Of a stretch of 51,235 nt of DNA, positions 30,352 to 40,914 are shown one piece after another; within the stretch, counting starts at the first letter, position 1, and every line of letters begins with the position of its first letter. This DNA comes from Coleofasciculus chthonoplastes F2-STO-03. Its GTDB lineage: Bacteria > Cyanobacteriota > Cyanobacteriia > Cyanobacteriales > Coleofasciculaceae. The DNA lies in contig JAVJWO010000174.1 in the NCBI GenBank assembly GCA_040222015.1, positions 1-51,235 of the forward strand. The letters are read 5' to 3'. The position numbers were made by a program, and so were the translations under genes. The notes under the pieces were generated by a model. That model had not been told where the DNA came from. It saw only the letters and a program-made list of their open reading frames with translations, and did not search any database.

Positions 30352-32862
30352 GTGTCTGATTCCCCGACAAGTTTAATTGTGGCAGAACCGAAAGCAACCT
30401 ATCAATCCGGTGGTGATCATCAGAATTGCTGGGTGGAGACGCTGGTGGATTGTCCGGGACTCGAGGGACTGTTGACGTACCGCATCCCGGCGGAGTTGTC
30501 GGTTAAACCGGGGGATATTTTAACGGTGCCATTGAATAACCGGCAGGTGGGTGCGATCGCAATTCGGTTACTGGCTTCTCCCCCTGCTGATGTGCCATTG
30601 GCGAAAATCCGGGAGGTGGAGGATGTCGTCTGTACCGGGTTTTTTGAGAACTCCTATTGGCAGGTATTGGAACGAGTGGCGCAGTATTACTGCACACCCC
30701 TGATATCCGTGGTTCGGGGGGCGTTACCACCGGGATTGTTGATGCGATCGCAACGGCGAGTGCGTCTAGATCGTGAGGCGCTTCCTGATGGTGCAGATAC
30801 GTTTGTCGGTCAAACGGCGCGTCAGATTTTGACACTCCTAAACGCCCAACCAGACGGGGATTACAGCGTAGCCTATCTGCAACGTCAGGTGAAAGGGGCG
30901 CGTCGCGGGGTGAAAGATTTACTTAAACGCGGCTGGGTAGAAAGTTATTTGAAACCGCCCCAACAGTCTCGCCCGAAGTTAAAGAAAGCAGTCACTCTCG
31001 TCGCGGATCGCTTTGAACCTGATGTCACCGAACGACAACGGGAAGTATTAGATGTACTGCGGCGTCGGGGTGGGGATATGTGGCTGAATGAGTTGTTGCA
31101 AGTCTGTCATGCTACGTCTTCTATTGTTAACAAGCTGGCAGAAAAAGGGTATGTCGTTGTTGAATACCGGGAAATTCTCAGAACTCTGGATCAGCCGAAT
31201 GTGGCAGATGATCGCCCTAAAGTCTTGACAGATACGCAAGCTTATGCATTGCAAACAATTCAACGTTTGGATGAGTATAACCAAGTCCTCTTGCATGGGG
31301 TAACAGGTTCTGGGAAAACCGAGGTTTATCTGCAAGCGATCGCGCCGTTGTTAAGGTCGGGAAAATCTGCCCTGGTGTTAGTTCCAGAGATTGGGCTGAC
31401 GCCTCAACTCACCGACCGATTTCGCGCCCGCTTTGGCAAAAAGGTGAATGTGTATCACAGTGGGTTATCCCATGGGGAACGTTATGATACCTGGCGACAA
31501 GTATTAAGTGGAGAACCCCAGGTCGTCATTGGTACGCGATCGGCTGTTTTTGTGCCGTTACCTAAATTGGGTCTAATTATATTAGATGAAGAACACGACT
31601 CCAGTTTCAAGCAAGACAGTCTTTCTCCCACCTATCATGCCCGTACCGTTGCCCAATGGCGGGCGGAATTGGAAAATTGTCCTCTGGTTTTGGGTTCAGC
31701 TACCCCGTCTTTAGAAACCTGGGTTGCTGTAAACGGTCAACAAGCCAATTTAAAAACAGACGCCCCCTGTAAAACCTATTACCTTTCATTACCCGAACGC
31801 ATCCAATCTCGCCCCTTACCCCCTGTGGAAATTGTGGATATGAGACAGGAGTTAAAGCAGGGGAATCGTTCTATTTTCAGCCGTTCTCTCCAAGATGGGT
31901 TACAGCAGTTGAAACAAAAGCAGCGACAAGGGATTTTATTTATTCCCCGTCGCGGACATAGTACCTTTGTATCCTGTCGCAGTTGTGGATATGTGATTGA
32001 ATGCCCAGATTGTGACGTGTCCCTGTCCTATCACTATGCCCACGAGGGGGCGAATCAACTCTTGCGGTGTCACTATTGCAACTATACAACCGCCCATCCT
32101 CATAATTGCCCCGAATGTGGTTCACCCTACCTCAAGTTTTTTGGGAGTGGGACTCAACGAGTAACCCAGGAGTTAGCGAAAGCGTTTCCTGATTTACAGG
32201 TGATTCGCTTTGATAGTGATACCACCCGCACCAAGGGGGCGCATCGAACCCTGTTAACTCAGTTTGCCAATCGGGAAGCGGACTTATTAGTCGGGACGCA
32301 AATGTTAACCAAAGGATTAGACCTAGCCGGAGTCACCTTAGTCGGCGTTGTCTCTGCTGATGGACTATTACACTTATCGGATTATCGCGCCGCCGAACGC
32401 GCCTTTCAAACCTTAACCCAAGTCGCAGGTCGGGCGGGACGGGGGGATGATCCGGGTCAGGTGATTGTCCAAACCTATTCACCCCAACATCCAGTGATTC
32501 AAGCCGTGAAAACCCATGGGTATGAGGTGTTTACTGAGGCAGAATTAGTACAACGAGAAGCGTTGAATTATCCTCCCTACGGGCATTTGATTTTGTTGCG
32601 GTTAAGTGGGTTGGAGGAGATGGCGGTTGAACAGGCGGCGGAGAGGTTAGCGGAATGGTTGAGTCAGGTGAGTTCTGGGTATGAAATATTAGGACCTGCG
32701 CCAGCAGGAATTATGCGAATTGCCCGTCGTTATCGATGGCAAATTTTACTCAAGTTTCCGCCAGAGGTGGCGGTAAGAGTACCAGATGTGGCGGCGTTGC
32801 AGCAGATTTGTCCACCGGATGTGAGTTTGACGATTGATGTTGATCCCTTGAATATGATGTAG
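30352..32862 (+). CDS. priA: Primosomal protein N'
   Basis: GVTGSGKTEVY, DEEH, GSATPS, CxxC-rich zinc region, QVAGRAGR. Confidence 0.97.
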   Translation: MSDSPTSLIVAEPKATYQSGGDHQNCWVETLVDCPGLEGLLTYRIPAELSVKPGDILTVPLNNRQVGAIAIRLLASPPADVPLAKIREVEDVVCTGFFENSYWQVLERVAQYYCTPLISVVRGALPPGLLMRSQRRVRLDREALPDGADTFVGQTARQILTLLNAQPDGDYSVAYLQRQVKGARRGVKDLLKRGWVESYLKPPQQSRPKLKKAVTLVADRFEPDVTERQREVLDVLRRRGGDMWLNELLQVCHATSSIVNKLAEKGYVVVEYREILRTLDQPNVADDRPKVLTDTQAYALQTIQRLDEYNQVLLHGVTGSGKTEVYLQAIAPLLRSGKSALVLVPEIGLTPQLTDRFRARFGKKVNVYHSGLSHGERYDTWRQVLSGEPQVVIGTRSAVFVPLPKLGLIILDEEHDSSFKQDSLSPTYHARTVAQWRAELENCPLVLGSATPSLETWVAVNGQQANLKTDAPCKTYYLSLPERIQSRPLPPVEIVDMRQELKQGNRSIFSRSLQDGLQQLKQKQRQGILFIPRRGHSTFVSCRSCGYVIECPDCDVSLSYHYAHEGANQLLRCHYCNYTTAHPHNCPECGSPYLKFFGSGTQRVTQELAKAFPDLQVIRFDSDTTRTKGAHRTLLTQFANREADLLVGTQMLTKGLDLAGVTLVGVVSADGLLHLSDYRAAERAFQTLTQVAGRAGRGDDPGQVIVQTYSPQHPVIQAVKTHGYEVFTEAELVQREALNYPPYGHLILLRLSGLEEMAVEQAAERLAEWLSQVSSGYEILGPAPAGIMRIARRYRWQILLKFPPEVAVRVPDVAALQQICPPDVSLTIDVDPLNMM

Positions 32863-33036
32863 GGGACTTTGAGAAAGGTATTCAACAAGCACTTAAACGA
32901 TTGGGGAAATAACTATGCAGATACGCGATCGCTCTCTTCCTGTTGCCAATTCCACTTTGTGTCGGTCTACTACAAAAATTTTGCCCTTGTTGACATTAGT
33001 TAACTGTCGAACTGCTTAACAAATGACATAAAAAAA

Positions 33037-34065
33037 CTATGCTGAATTCTCCAACATTTCAACAGGCAAAGGCTCAGGAAATACTTCCGGAGAAAACATA
33101 TCCCATAAAACTTTAAAATAGGGTAAAACCAGTGCAAATTGCTGCCGCGAAAGACGTTTCCCAAACTCTAGCCCTAATAGATGAATCATTTGCCGCACTA
33201 ATTCCCAGCCTACATTTAAAGTCGGGTAAAGCATGACACATAAAGGAAATAATTCCTGTTGGATGGGGGCAATACTTCGTTCCAGAACGCAAAGCCACAG
33301 GTAAATCTGAAACATTTCTACATCCCGAATACTGGCAGCTTGTACCGTAGGGTTCACTAAGCTACCACTATGACAGTGATAGTTCGGATGTAGATCACTA
33401 ATTCGGGTGGCAATTTGTTGAGCAATTAATATCTGATCCGGTAAGAGTTGCCGTAGAGATACCAACGCTAAGGATTGATGATCATAATTAGCGGCAGTTT
33501 TATAGAGTCGTTGTAAGGGCATATAAAGACAATCATCAATCACCTGGAAATAAACCCTCACCGTAGCTTGTTCTTGAGGGGACAATGATTTTAAGAGTAA
33601 CTGACCGCTATAGTGAAATTGCATACTCACAAAGGCAATTACCCTAGGATCAATGGTTGTATAGTTCTGTCGAATGCGACCCAGATCTGATGATAAAAAT
33701 AAACATAGACGTTCGGGGCTAACTTGATCAGAATAAGCTAACAATACTTTCTCATAGACTGAGTAAGTGTCTTTGGTAATTTGCCAAGGATCAATTAAGC
33801 GGTAATTAATCCCTTGTCGCTTAATTTCTTGGCAAAGTAACGCTTCAGTTTTTGTCCAGGCTTGAATCATTACCGTTCGCAAGGAATCAAGCAACCGCTG
33901 CGCTATAACAGCTCGTAATCCTGTAGAATTCGACTGCCACGTTTTTTCTGATGTACTGTGTTGTTGGACATACTTTTTTGCCCAGAGTTTGGATAGCTTT
34001 CTGACCGTCGCGATTTTCTCTGTCTGCGACGGTTGAGAATTACCTCGCTTATCCTTTGTATTCAT
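33037..34065 (-). CDS. Hypothetical protein (342 aa)
   Basis: Long ORF with GGGGTG before the ATG; no motif I can assign. Confidence 0.7.
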   Translation of the reverse strand: MNTKDKRGNSQPSQTEKIATVRKLSKLWAKKYVQQHSTSEKTWQSNSTGLRAVIAQRLLDSLRTVMIQAWTKTEALLCQEIKRQGINYRLIDPWQITKDTYSVYEKVLLAYSDQVSPERLCLFLSSDLGRIRQNYTTIDPRVIAFVSMQFHYSGQLLLKSLSPQEQATVRVYFQVIDDCLYMPLQRLYKTAANYDHQSLALVSLRQLLPDQILIAQQIATRISDLHPNYHCHSGSLVNPTVQAASIRDVEMFQIYLWLCVLERSIAPIQQELFPLCVMLYPTLNVGWELVRQMIHLLGLEFGKRLSRQQFALVLPYFKVLWDMFSPEVFPEPLPVEMLENSA

Positions 34066-34369
34066 GACACACCCCTTGTCTAGAATGTCGATGCAGTCTG
34101 CAAAATGGCGGTAGCAATAAAGTCAACAGAAAAAAAGGCTTTTTTGGTAGCTAATGTGACAATTTTTAATTAAGTCGGATGACTAAATCGGTGTTCTAGC
34201 ACAGTGGCTCACCAATAGCTGCTTGTTCCTTGCTTTCCAATTCCCCAAATTTACTCACTAGTCAAAGGATAGTCTTTTTTGAAAAAATTCTCAATAGTTA
34301 CTTTATTTAGGGGGAAGCAGGGAATGGGGGAGATGAGGGAACTAGAGCAACAAATGACAAATGATGAAA

Positions 34370-35278
34370 CTAAACCGAATGCTGTGCAATCCAATCCTGC
34401 AAAATAGGATTAACCACATCAGGGGCTTCATCTTGGGGACAATGACCTAAACCCTCTAAGGGTACAAATTGTTCCACGGCGGGAAAATTGACCCATTCTT
34501 TTGCCTCCGCGATGGGTTCCCAAGGATCATCGGTTCCCCACAAAATCAGTGTGGGACACTGTAACTGAGGTAATAAGTCTTCGGCTAGAGGTCCTGCGGA
34601 ATAGCGGGTAAATGCGATAAACACATCTGCCGCCCCTACATCAGCTGCTGGTGTCATCAGTAAGTCTACTAATTCATCAGTCACTGCCTCGGATTTGCGA
34701 TATGCTTGCAATAAAATTTTACGTACAACCTGTGGTTTCGCCAGTTGACGGAAAAAGAGTTGTCCGACCCACTTAATCCCCAGTAACTGTTGTACCATGG
34801 GTGCGCCAATGCGACGATGCCAAGGTAATGTAACTCGTTTGCGATCGTGCAGCATCCGCAGGGAACAGTTGATCAGGGTAACGCCCAATACCATATCTGG
34901 ACAATCCACAGCCGCTTGCATCGCTACAATACAGCCAATTGAATTCCCCACCAAAAACGCTGGAGTCTCTACGACTTCCCGGCAAAAATCAATGACTTGT
35001 TGTCCCCAAGTTTCAAAGGTATACTCCACGTCAATTCCCGGCATCGGTTTGGCAGAAGCACCAAAGCCAATTAAGTCAATGGCATAACACCGACAGGATT
35101 CTGCTAATACGGGTAAATTCTTACGCCAATGTCCGCAAGACGCGCCAAAGCCATGCACCATGACAACGGCTGGTCCAGAATTGCCTTGGACTTGATAGGC
35201 AATGGGAAAACCTCGCCATGTCCAGGTGTGAGTGTCCAGTTTAGGGTGTTTTGGCAGGGTGGAGGAGGAAAAGGTCAT
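34370..35278 (-). CDS. Alpha/beta fold hydrolase
   Basis: HGFGAS, DLIGFG, nucleophile GNSIG, WGTDD, GHCPQDE. Confidence 0.93.
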   Translation of the reverse strand: MTFSSSTLPKHPKLDTHTWTWRGFPIAYQVQGNSGPAVVMVHGFGASCGHWRKNLPVLAESCRCYAIDLIGFGASAKPMPGIDVEYTFETWGQQVIDFCREVVETPAFLVGNSIGCIVAMQAAVDCPDMVLGVTLINCSLRMLHDRKRVTLPWHRRIGAPMVQQLLGIKWVGQLFFRQLAKPQVVRKILLQAYRKSEAVTDELVDLLMTPAADVGAADVFIAFTRYSAGPLAEDLLPQLQCPTLILWGTDDPWEPIAEAKEWVNFPAVEQFVPLEGLGHCPQDEAPDVVNPILQDWIAQHSV

Positions 35279-35456
35279 GACAATTTCAAGCGTACAGCGT
35301 TACTATTTACATTTTGTAATAAAAAAGCGTTTTTCGAGTCCAAGGTGGAAAAAACTGAGTTAAATCCGTTTCCAGAGCAGTGTTATAGCCCGTCTCTACA
35401 CTCAACACTCGTCTTATGTAAAAATTAACCTTAAGAAATTTTTTGGTGCGTCTCCT

Positions 35457-36365
35457 ATGTTGGTGCAAACGTCTGCTGCTGTTATTCCGTTCCTAGGATC
35501 GGAAATTCAGGCATCCTATAAAGCGTCACAAGTGGTTATTTTGCCGATTCCCTACGAGGCAACCACAACCTATCGTAAAGGCACAGAAAATGGACCTGAT
35601 GCGCTCTTGGAGGCGTCAATCCAGCTCGAATACTACGATGATGAGTTGGAACGGGAGATTTGTAAAGACGCTAGGATTTATACTAACGGCGCGATCGCAG
35701 ATACAAGAGGTAGACGAAAGATTTCTGCCCAATCCATGCTGACAGAGACTCGCGACACCGTATCTGGGCTGATCGATGATGGTAAATTTGTGATTGCGAT
35801 CGGGGGTGAACATAGCATTACCACGGGAATTGTAGACGCCTACCGTCAAAGGAGTAGCGAACCCTTTACCGTAGTGCAAATAGACGCCCACGGAGATTTA
35901 CGCCACGAATACGAAGGCTCAATTTATAACCACGCCTGTGTGATGCGTCGGATTGTGGATATGGGACTACCGACATTACCCGTCGCCATTCGGAGTCTTT
36001 GTCAAGAAGAAGCGGACTTAATTAAACAAAAATCCATCCCTGTAATTTGGGCACGAAACATTGCCCAAAATCCCCACTGGATAGAGGAAGCGATCGCGAC
36101 TATCCCAACAGGACGAGTATTTATTACCATTGACTTAGATGGCATTGATCCCGCTTCAATGCCAGGGGTTGGCACTCCCGAACCGGGTGGGCTGAATTGG
36201 TATGCACTCCTAACCTTTTTGCGACGATTGTTTGAAACCCATCAGGTCATCGGTTGCGATGTGATGGAGTTAGCCCCCGTGGTTGATTCAGTGGTCTCCC
36301 AATTTACAGCCGCTAAACTGGTTTACAAACTCATCGGCTATCAAACTCTGGCACAAAGGTGGTAG
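35457..36365 (+). CDS. speB: Agmatinase (ureohydrolase)
   Basis: GGEHSIT, DAHGD, DLDGIDP..PGVGTPEPGG. Confidence 0.9.
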   Translation: MLVQTSAAVIPFLGSEIQASYKASQVVILPIPYEATTTYRKGTENGPDALLEASIQLEYYDDELEREICKDARIYTNGAIADTRGRRKISAQSMLTETRDTVSGLIDDGKFVIAIGGEHSITTGIVDAYRQRSSEPFTVVQIDAHGDLRHEYEGSIYNHACVMRRIVDMGLPTLPVAIRSLCQEEADLIKQKSIPVIWARNIAQNPHWIEEAIATIPTGRVFITIDLDGIDPASMPGVGTPEPGGLNWYALLTFLRRLFETHQVIGCDVMELAPVVDSVVSQFTAAKLVYKLIGYQTLAQRW

Positions 36366-36465
36366 CGATGGCTGAAATTCACGACCTGATCCAGGATAAT
36401 CGGTAAACGGGAACGGGAAAAAAGGAAAGAACGAACACATTGTCAAACACACACCGTAACACGAT

Positions 36466-37020
36466 ATGAGTCTGAAGGAAAAACACGGCACACCCATTGG
36501 CAGTTATGCTCCCGATTTTGAGCTTTTAGGCACTGATAAAGATGTTCACCACCTATCCCGGTATCTGGAAAAGTGGCGAGGAGTTGTGGTAATCTTCTTA
36601 AGTAATAACTGTCCCGACTCTGCCGCTTATGTAGACAGACTCAAACAACTGCAAACCCGATTTCGGGAACAGGGATTTATCCTGATTGGCATTAACTCCA
36701 ATGATGCTAACCAATCTCCCGAAGATAGTTTTGGTCAAATGCAGCAGTTTGCGAGTAGTAGAGGGTTGAATTTTCCCTACCTGTGGGACCCAACTCAGGA
36801 TGTGGCACAAGGATTTGGTGCTTCAAAAACCCCAGAAGCCTTTGTGATTGATGAACAGGGAGTCTTGCGCTACAGGGGTCAAATTGACGATAATAGCCAA
36901 CATCCTGAAGCCGTCAACGAAGCTTACGTCAAGAATGCGATCGCCGCGTTACTGGCTGGGGAAACTATCTCACCCAAATCAACTCCCACCTTGGGTAGTC
37001 CCCTAGTATGGCGTCGCTAG
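36466..37020 (+). CDS. Thioredoxin-fold AhpC/TSA family protein
   Basis: APDFEL, NNCP, INSND, TPEAFV..LRYRGQIDD. Confidence 0.88.
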   Translation: MSLKEKHGTPIGSYAPDFELLGTDKDVHHLSRYLEKWRGVVVIFLSNNCPDSAAYVDRLKQLQTRFREQGFILIGINSNDANQSPEDSFGQMQQFASSRGLNFPYLWDPTQDVAQGFGASKTPEAFVIDEQGVLRYRGQIDDNSQHPEAVNEAYVKNAIAALLAGETISPKSTPTLGSPLVWRR

Positions 37021-37248
37021 TGAGCAGAGAGAGCCAGACAGCTGGGGAGATGGGGAGAATCAATATTTGAAGCCACCTGACACCAGTAATAGTTAACTGG
37101 AACTCGTGAATACCATAAGAATTTGTACTTTAGCACCACGGGTGTTAACAACAATCAAACTTCGTTAGAGTCACAGCACTCTGTCAGAATTATCGGTAGA
37201 CTGTTATCGTATGGGCAAGGCAATAGTCAAGAAAGAAAGAGTCGTAGC

Positions 37249-37977
37249 ATGGGGATGAAATACCGACGGGTTTTACTAAAAGTGAGCGGTGAAGCCTTGA
37301 TGGGCAAACTGAGCTACGGCATTGATCCAGGAGTCGTTCAGGACATCGCTGCTGAAATCGCCGAAGTCGTGGCAAGTGGCATCCAAATGGCAATCGTCGT
37401 CGGCGGTGGTAATATTTTTCGCGGTTTGAAAGCGGCTGCAGGCGGAATGGATCGGGCAACGGGTGATTATATTGGTATGATTGCCACAGTCATGAATGCC
37501 ATGACTCTGCAAGATGCCTTAGAGCAAATGGGAATACCGACTCGTGTGCAAACCGCGATCGCGATGCAAGAAGTGGCAGAACCCTATATCCGCCGCCGTG
37601 CCATTCGTCACTTGGAAAAAGGGCGAGTGGTAATTTTTGGTGCAGGTTCAGGGAATCCCTTTTTCACCACGGATACGACGGCGGCTTTACGAGCCGCCGA
37701 AATTGATGCGGAAGTGATCTTTAAAGCCACTAAAGTCGATGGGATTTATGATTGTGATCCCCAGCTAAACCCCCAGGCTCGCCGCTATCATACGCTGTCC
37801 TATAACTACGTCCTCACTCAAGATTTGCGGGTGATGGATAGTACGGCGATCGCTTTATGTAAGGAAAATAATATCCCAATTATGGTATTTGATTTGACAG
37901 GGCGGGGTAATATCCGCCGCGCTGTTCAAGGAGAATCTGTCGGAACAATTGTGGGAGGTTTTTGTGAAGTTAGCTGA
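37249..37977 (+). CDS. pyrH: UMP kinase
   Basis: Start moved to ATG 37249; [27 protein letters not shown]. Confidence 0.97.
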   Translation: MGMKYRRVLLKVSGEALMGKLSYGIDPGVVQDIAAEIAEVVASGIQMAIVVGGGNIFRGLKAAAGGMDRATGDYIGMIATVMNAMTLQDALEQMGIPTRVQTAIAMQEVAEPYIRRRAIRHLEKGRVVIFGAGSGNPFFTTDTTAALRAAEIDAEVIFKATKVDGIYDCDPQLNPQARRYHTLSYNYVLTQDLRVMDSTAIALCKENNIPIMVFDLTGRGNIRRAVQGESVGTIVGGFCEVS

Positions 37978-38512
37978 TGCTGAAAGCCAAATGAAGAAAG
38001 CCGTTGAAGCAACGCAACGGGGTTTTAATACCATTCGTACCGGTCGGGCGAATGCGAGTCTATTGGATCGAGTGATGGTGGAATACTATGGTAGTCCCAC
38101 CCCGCTGAAGTCTCTGGCAAGCATTAATACGCCAGATGCTACCACGATTACGATTCAACCTTACGACAAGAGTACGCTGACTCTGATAGAAAAATCGATT
38201 TCCTTATCGGATATCGGCTTAACCCCCAATAATGACGGTCAAGTCGTGCGATTGAATATTCCTCCCTTAACCAGTGAACGCCGCCAGGAATTTGTGAAGA
38301 TGGCGGGTAAGTTAGCCGAGGAGGGAAAAGTCTCGATTCGGAATATCCGTCGTGATGCGGTTGACTCGGTTCGTAAACAGGAGAAAAATAGCGAAGTTTC
38401 TGAAGATGAAGCCCGTGATCTGCAAGACCAGATTCAGAAAATGACGGACAAGTACACGGCTAAAATTGATGAATTGTTAGCTGTCAAAGAGGAAGATATT
38501 ACCACGGTTTAA
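37964..38512 (+). CDS. frr: Ribosome recycling factor
   Basis: GGAGG + GTG 37964; [21 protein letters not shown]; follows pyrH. Confidence 0.97.
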   Translation: MKLADAESQMKKAVEATQRGFNTIRTGRANASLLDRVMVEYYGSPTPLKSLASINTPDATTITIQPYDKSTLTLIEKSISLSDIGLTPNNDGQVVRLNIPPLTSERRQEFVKMAGKLAEEGKVSIRNIRRDAVDSVRKQEKNSEVSEDEARDLQDQIQKMTDKYTAKIDELLAVKEEDITTV

Positions 38513-38773
38513 AGATTGCGGCAACATCCCATTGGGGGTAAATTTGCAGCAGTAGGGCGGGCATCTTGCCCGCTTCCCCAACCTGAACGTTTTGAGTGAT
38601 GAGGGAGATGGGGAAGATAGGGGAGATGGGGAAGGAAAAGATAAATGACGAAGGAAGAATGACAAATGACCAATTCCTCAGTTTCTTGGTAAACTATGTC
38701 AGGGGTTCAAACTTAAACTATTACCGTAATACCTCCTAACCGCACTCATGAGTTTCTCAATCCTTAAAGCCTA

Positions 38774-39898
38774 ATGTTTGACTGCATTATTGTTGGGGCA
38801 GGTCCTGCTGGAGCAACTACCGCCTACCACCTCGCCAAGCGGGGGCGTTCGGTACTGATTCTAGAGAAAGATTCTTTACCCCGATACAAGCCCTGTAGTG
38901 GTGGTGTGTCTCCAAGCGTGCAACAGTGGTTTGATTTTGATCTGACACCTGCGATCGCACTAAATGTAAGCCGAGTCCGCTACACCTGGCAAATGGATGA
39001 TCCGGTGGAGATCAATCTCAAAAAACAAAAACCGGTTTGGATGGTAAAGCGAGATGTTTTTGACCAGTTTTTGATTGAACAGGCAAAAGAGCAAGGCGCC
39101 CAACTGCAAGACCAAACGACTGTCACGGGTATTGAATTTAAAGGCGATCGCTGGCAGGTTAACACAACCAATGAACCGATGGCAGCCAGGTATCTGATCG
39201 CAGCAGATGGTGCTAATGGTTCCATGGCAAAATGGTTAGGCTTTAAAGATCGTCCCCAACGAATGGCGGTGACGCTAGAAGCCCCAAATCCCGCTCCAAC
39301 AAGCAGTGACCCCACCATCCATTTTGACTTTGGGCAAGTGAAAAATGGCTACATCTGGAATTTTCCCAAAGCCGAGGGCTATTCGGTTAGTGTGGGGACG
39401 TTTAAGGGAAATGACAAGCAGGATTTACAAAAGATAGGCACGAAGTATATTCAGCAACTTGGGATTGATCCGAAACTCTGCCAAGTTCACAGTCATCCAA
39501 TGTGTCTGTGGGATGGGAACCAAAAGTTACACGGGCAAAACGCGCTCTTAGTGGGTGATACTGCTTGTTTAGCTGATCCGTTTACGGCTGAAGGGATTCG
39601 TCCCTCTATCTTTAGTGGCGTCAAAGCGGCAGAGGCAATTGATGCGGCTTTAGGCGGTAAAACTAACGCTTTAACCCAGTATACCCAAGTCATTCAGGAT
39701 GAATGGGGTAACGAGATGGTTTGGGCGAAACGTTTAGCTGGTGCTTTCTATGGCTTTCCAAAAATTGGCTATAAGGTAGGCGTGAAGCGACCTTCAGCGA
39801 CTCTGATCATGCTCCAGATTTTATGCGGGGAATTGAAGTATTCAGAGGTAGCAAGTTTGGCAATTAAACGTTTGAGTGGCGGATTCTTCTCACGGTAG
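38774..39898 (+). CDS. Geranylgeranyl reductase family FAD oxidoreductase
   Basis: GAGPAG, PRYKPCSGG, AADGANG, GYIWNFPK, VGD..DPFTAEGI. Confidence 0.9.
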   Translation: MFDCIIVGAGPAGATTAYHLAKRGRSVLILEKDSLPRYKPCSGGVSPSVQQWFDFDLTPAIALNVSRVRYTWQMDDPVEINLKKQKPVWMVKRDVFDQFLIEQAKEQGAQLQDQTTVTGIEFKGDRWQVNTTNEPMAARYLIAADGANGSMAKWLGFKDRPQRMAVTLEAPNPAPTSSDPTIHFDFGQVKNGYIWNFPKAEGYSVSVGTFKGNDKQDLQKIGTKYIQQLGIDPKLCQVHSHPMCLWDGNQKLHGQNALLVGDTACLADPFTAEGIRPSIFSGVKAAEAIDAALGGKTNALTQYTQVIQDEWGNEMVWAKRLAGAFYGFPKIGYKVGVKRPSATLIMLQILCGELKYSEVASLAIKRLSGGFFSR

Positions 39899-40148
39899 GG
39901 TGTTTGTCATTCTTTCTTTATCATTTGTCATTCTTCCTTTATCATTTGTCATACTCGCTCCCGAAAAGAAGCAAGCTACGTCATTTGTGGAAATATACCG
40001 TAGGGTGGGCATTGCCCACCAGCATTAAAAATCTCACGGATCACTTGACCGTGAGATTGTTTAGCCTCGAAAGAGTTTTATGAGAAAAGTCCGGCTAAGT
40101 TATGCAAATCTCTATCTTGAGAGGCTGCATATCTTAGGAAGTGAAGCG

Positions 40149-40349
40149 TTAGCTTAGAGAAGCACGACTGCGATCATAGGTAGTCCGGAAACTAGAATTG
40201 GGTTTGCCTTGAATAGAATCCCAGTGGCTGATGTTATCAACATCTAAACCGACTTCGTTAGCTGCTCGATTGAGCATGGATTGTTGCCTGTTCTTGACAG
40301 CGTGATGGTGACGCATCATTAAGGCTCTAGCTTGTTCTTGAGTAGACAT
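40149..40349 (-). CDS. gifA: Glutamine synthetase inactivating factor IF7, downstream copy
   Basis: MSTQEQARALMMRHH..KNRQQSML.RAA.E.G..QGKP..FRTTYDRS.ASLS matches IF7. Confidence 0.93.
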   Translation of the reverse strand: MSTQEQARALMMRHHHAVKNRQQSMLNRAANEVGLDVDNISHWDSIQGKPNSSFRTTYDRSRASLS

Positions 40350-40422
40350 TTGTGTATCCTCCGATTGCTTTAATGAGATTTGACTGAATTTTTACTTATC
40401 TCTTAGAACTTTAAAACATTGT

Positions 40423-40623
40423 TTAGCTTAGGGAAGCACGACTGCGATCATAGCTGGTGCGGAAACCAGAATTGGGTTTGCCTTGAATAGAATCCCAGTG
40501 GCTGATGTTATCAACATCTAAACCGACTTCGTTAGCTGCTCGATTGAGCATGGATTGTTGCCTGTTTTTGACAGCGTGATGGTGACGCATCATTAAGGCT
40601 CTAGCTTGTTCTTGAGTAGACAT
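40423..40623 (-). CDS. gifA: Glutamine synthetase inactivating factor IF7, promoter-proximal copy
   Basis: Same motifs; differs from the other copy at 2 aa. Confidence 0.93.
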   Translation of the reverse strand: MSTQEQARALMMRHHHAVKNRQQSMLNRAANEVGLDVDNISHWDSIQGKPNSGFRTSYDRSRASLS

Positions 40624-40679
40624 TTGTGTATCCTCTGATTGCTTTAGTGATATTTGACTGAATTTTTACTTACAAAATA

Positions 40680-40712
40680 ACTATAACAGGAATTTTCTGT
40701 AACAATCACTAC
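40680..40712 (-). promoter_or_regulatory. gifA promoter: NtcA box GTA-N8-TAC in a repressor position, extended -10 TGnTATAGT
   Basis: GTAacaatcacTAC at 40699-40712 with palindromic flanks; -10 at 40685-40680 (minus strand). Confidence 0.85.
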
Positions 40713-40914
40713 AGAATAGCTTTATTTGCAAATCTTAATGTTATGGTTTTGAAACATAATCCCGTTAGACAGACAAGTTGTCTGATCACTAAGGCAAGTT
40801 AAGCTAGATCACAGCAAAGGGTGCAGAGATGAGGAAAAGTTTACCCCTGCTGCCCTAGAAAGGCGGGTTTAGTTAAGTTTCAAGACAGTGGCAAAATGTT
40901 TGTCAAACCCGCCC

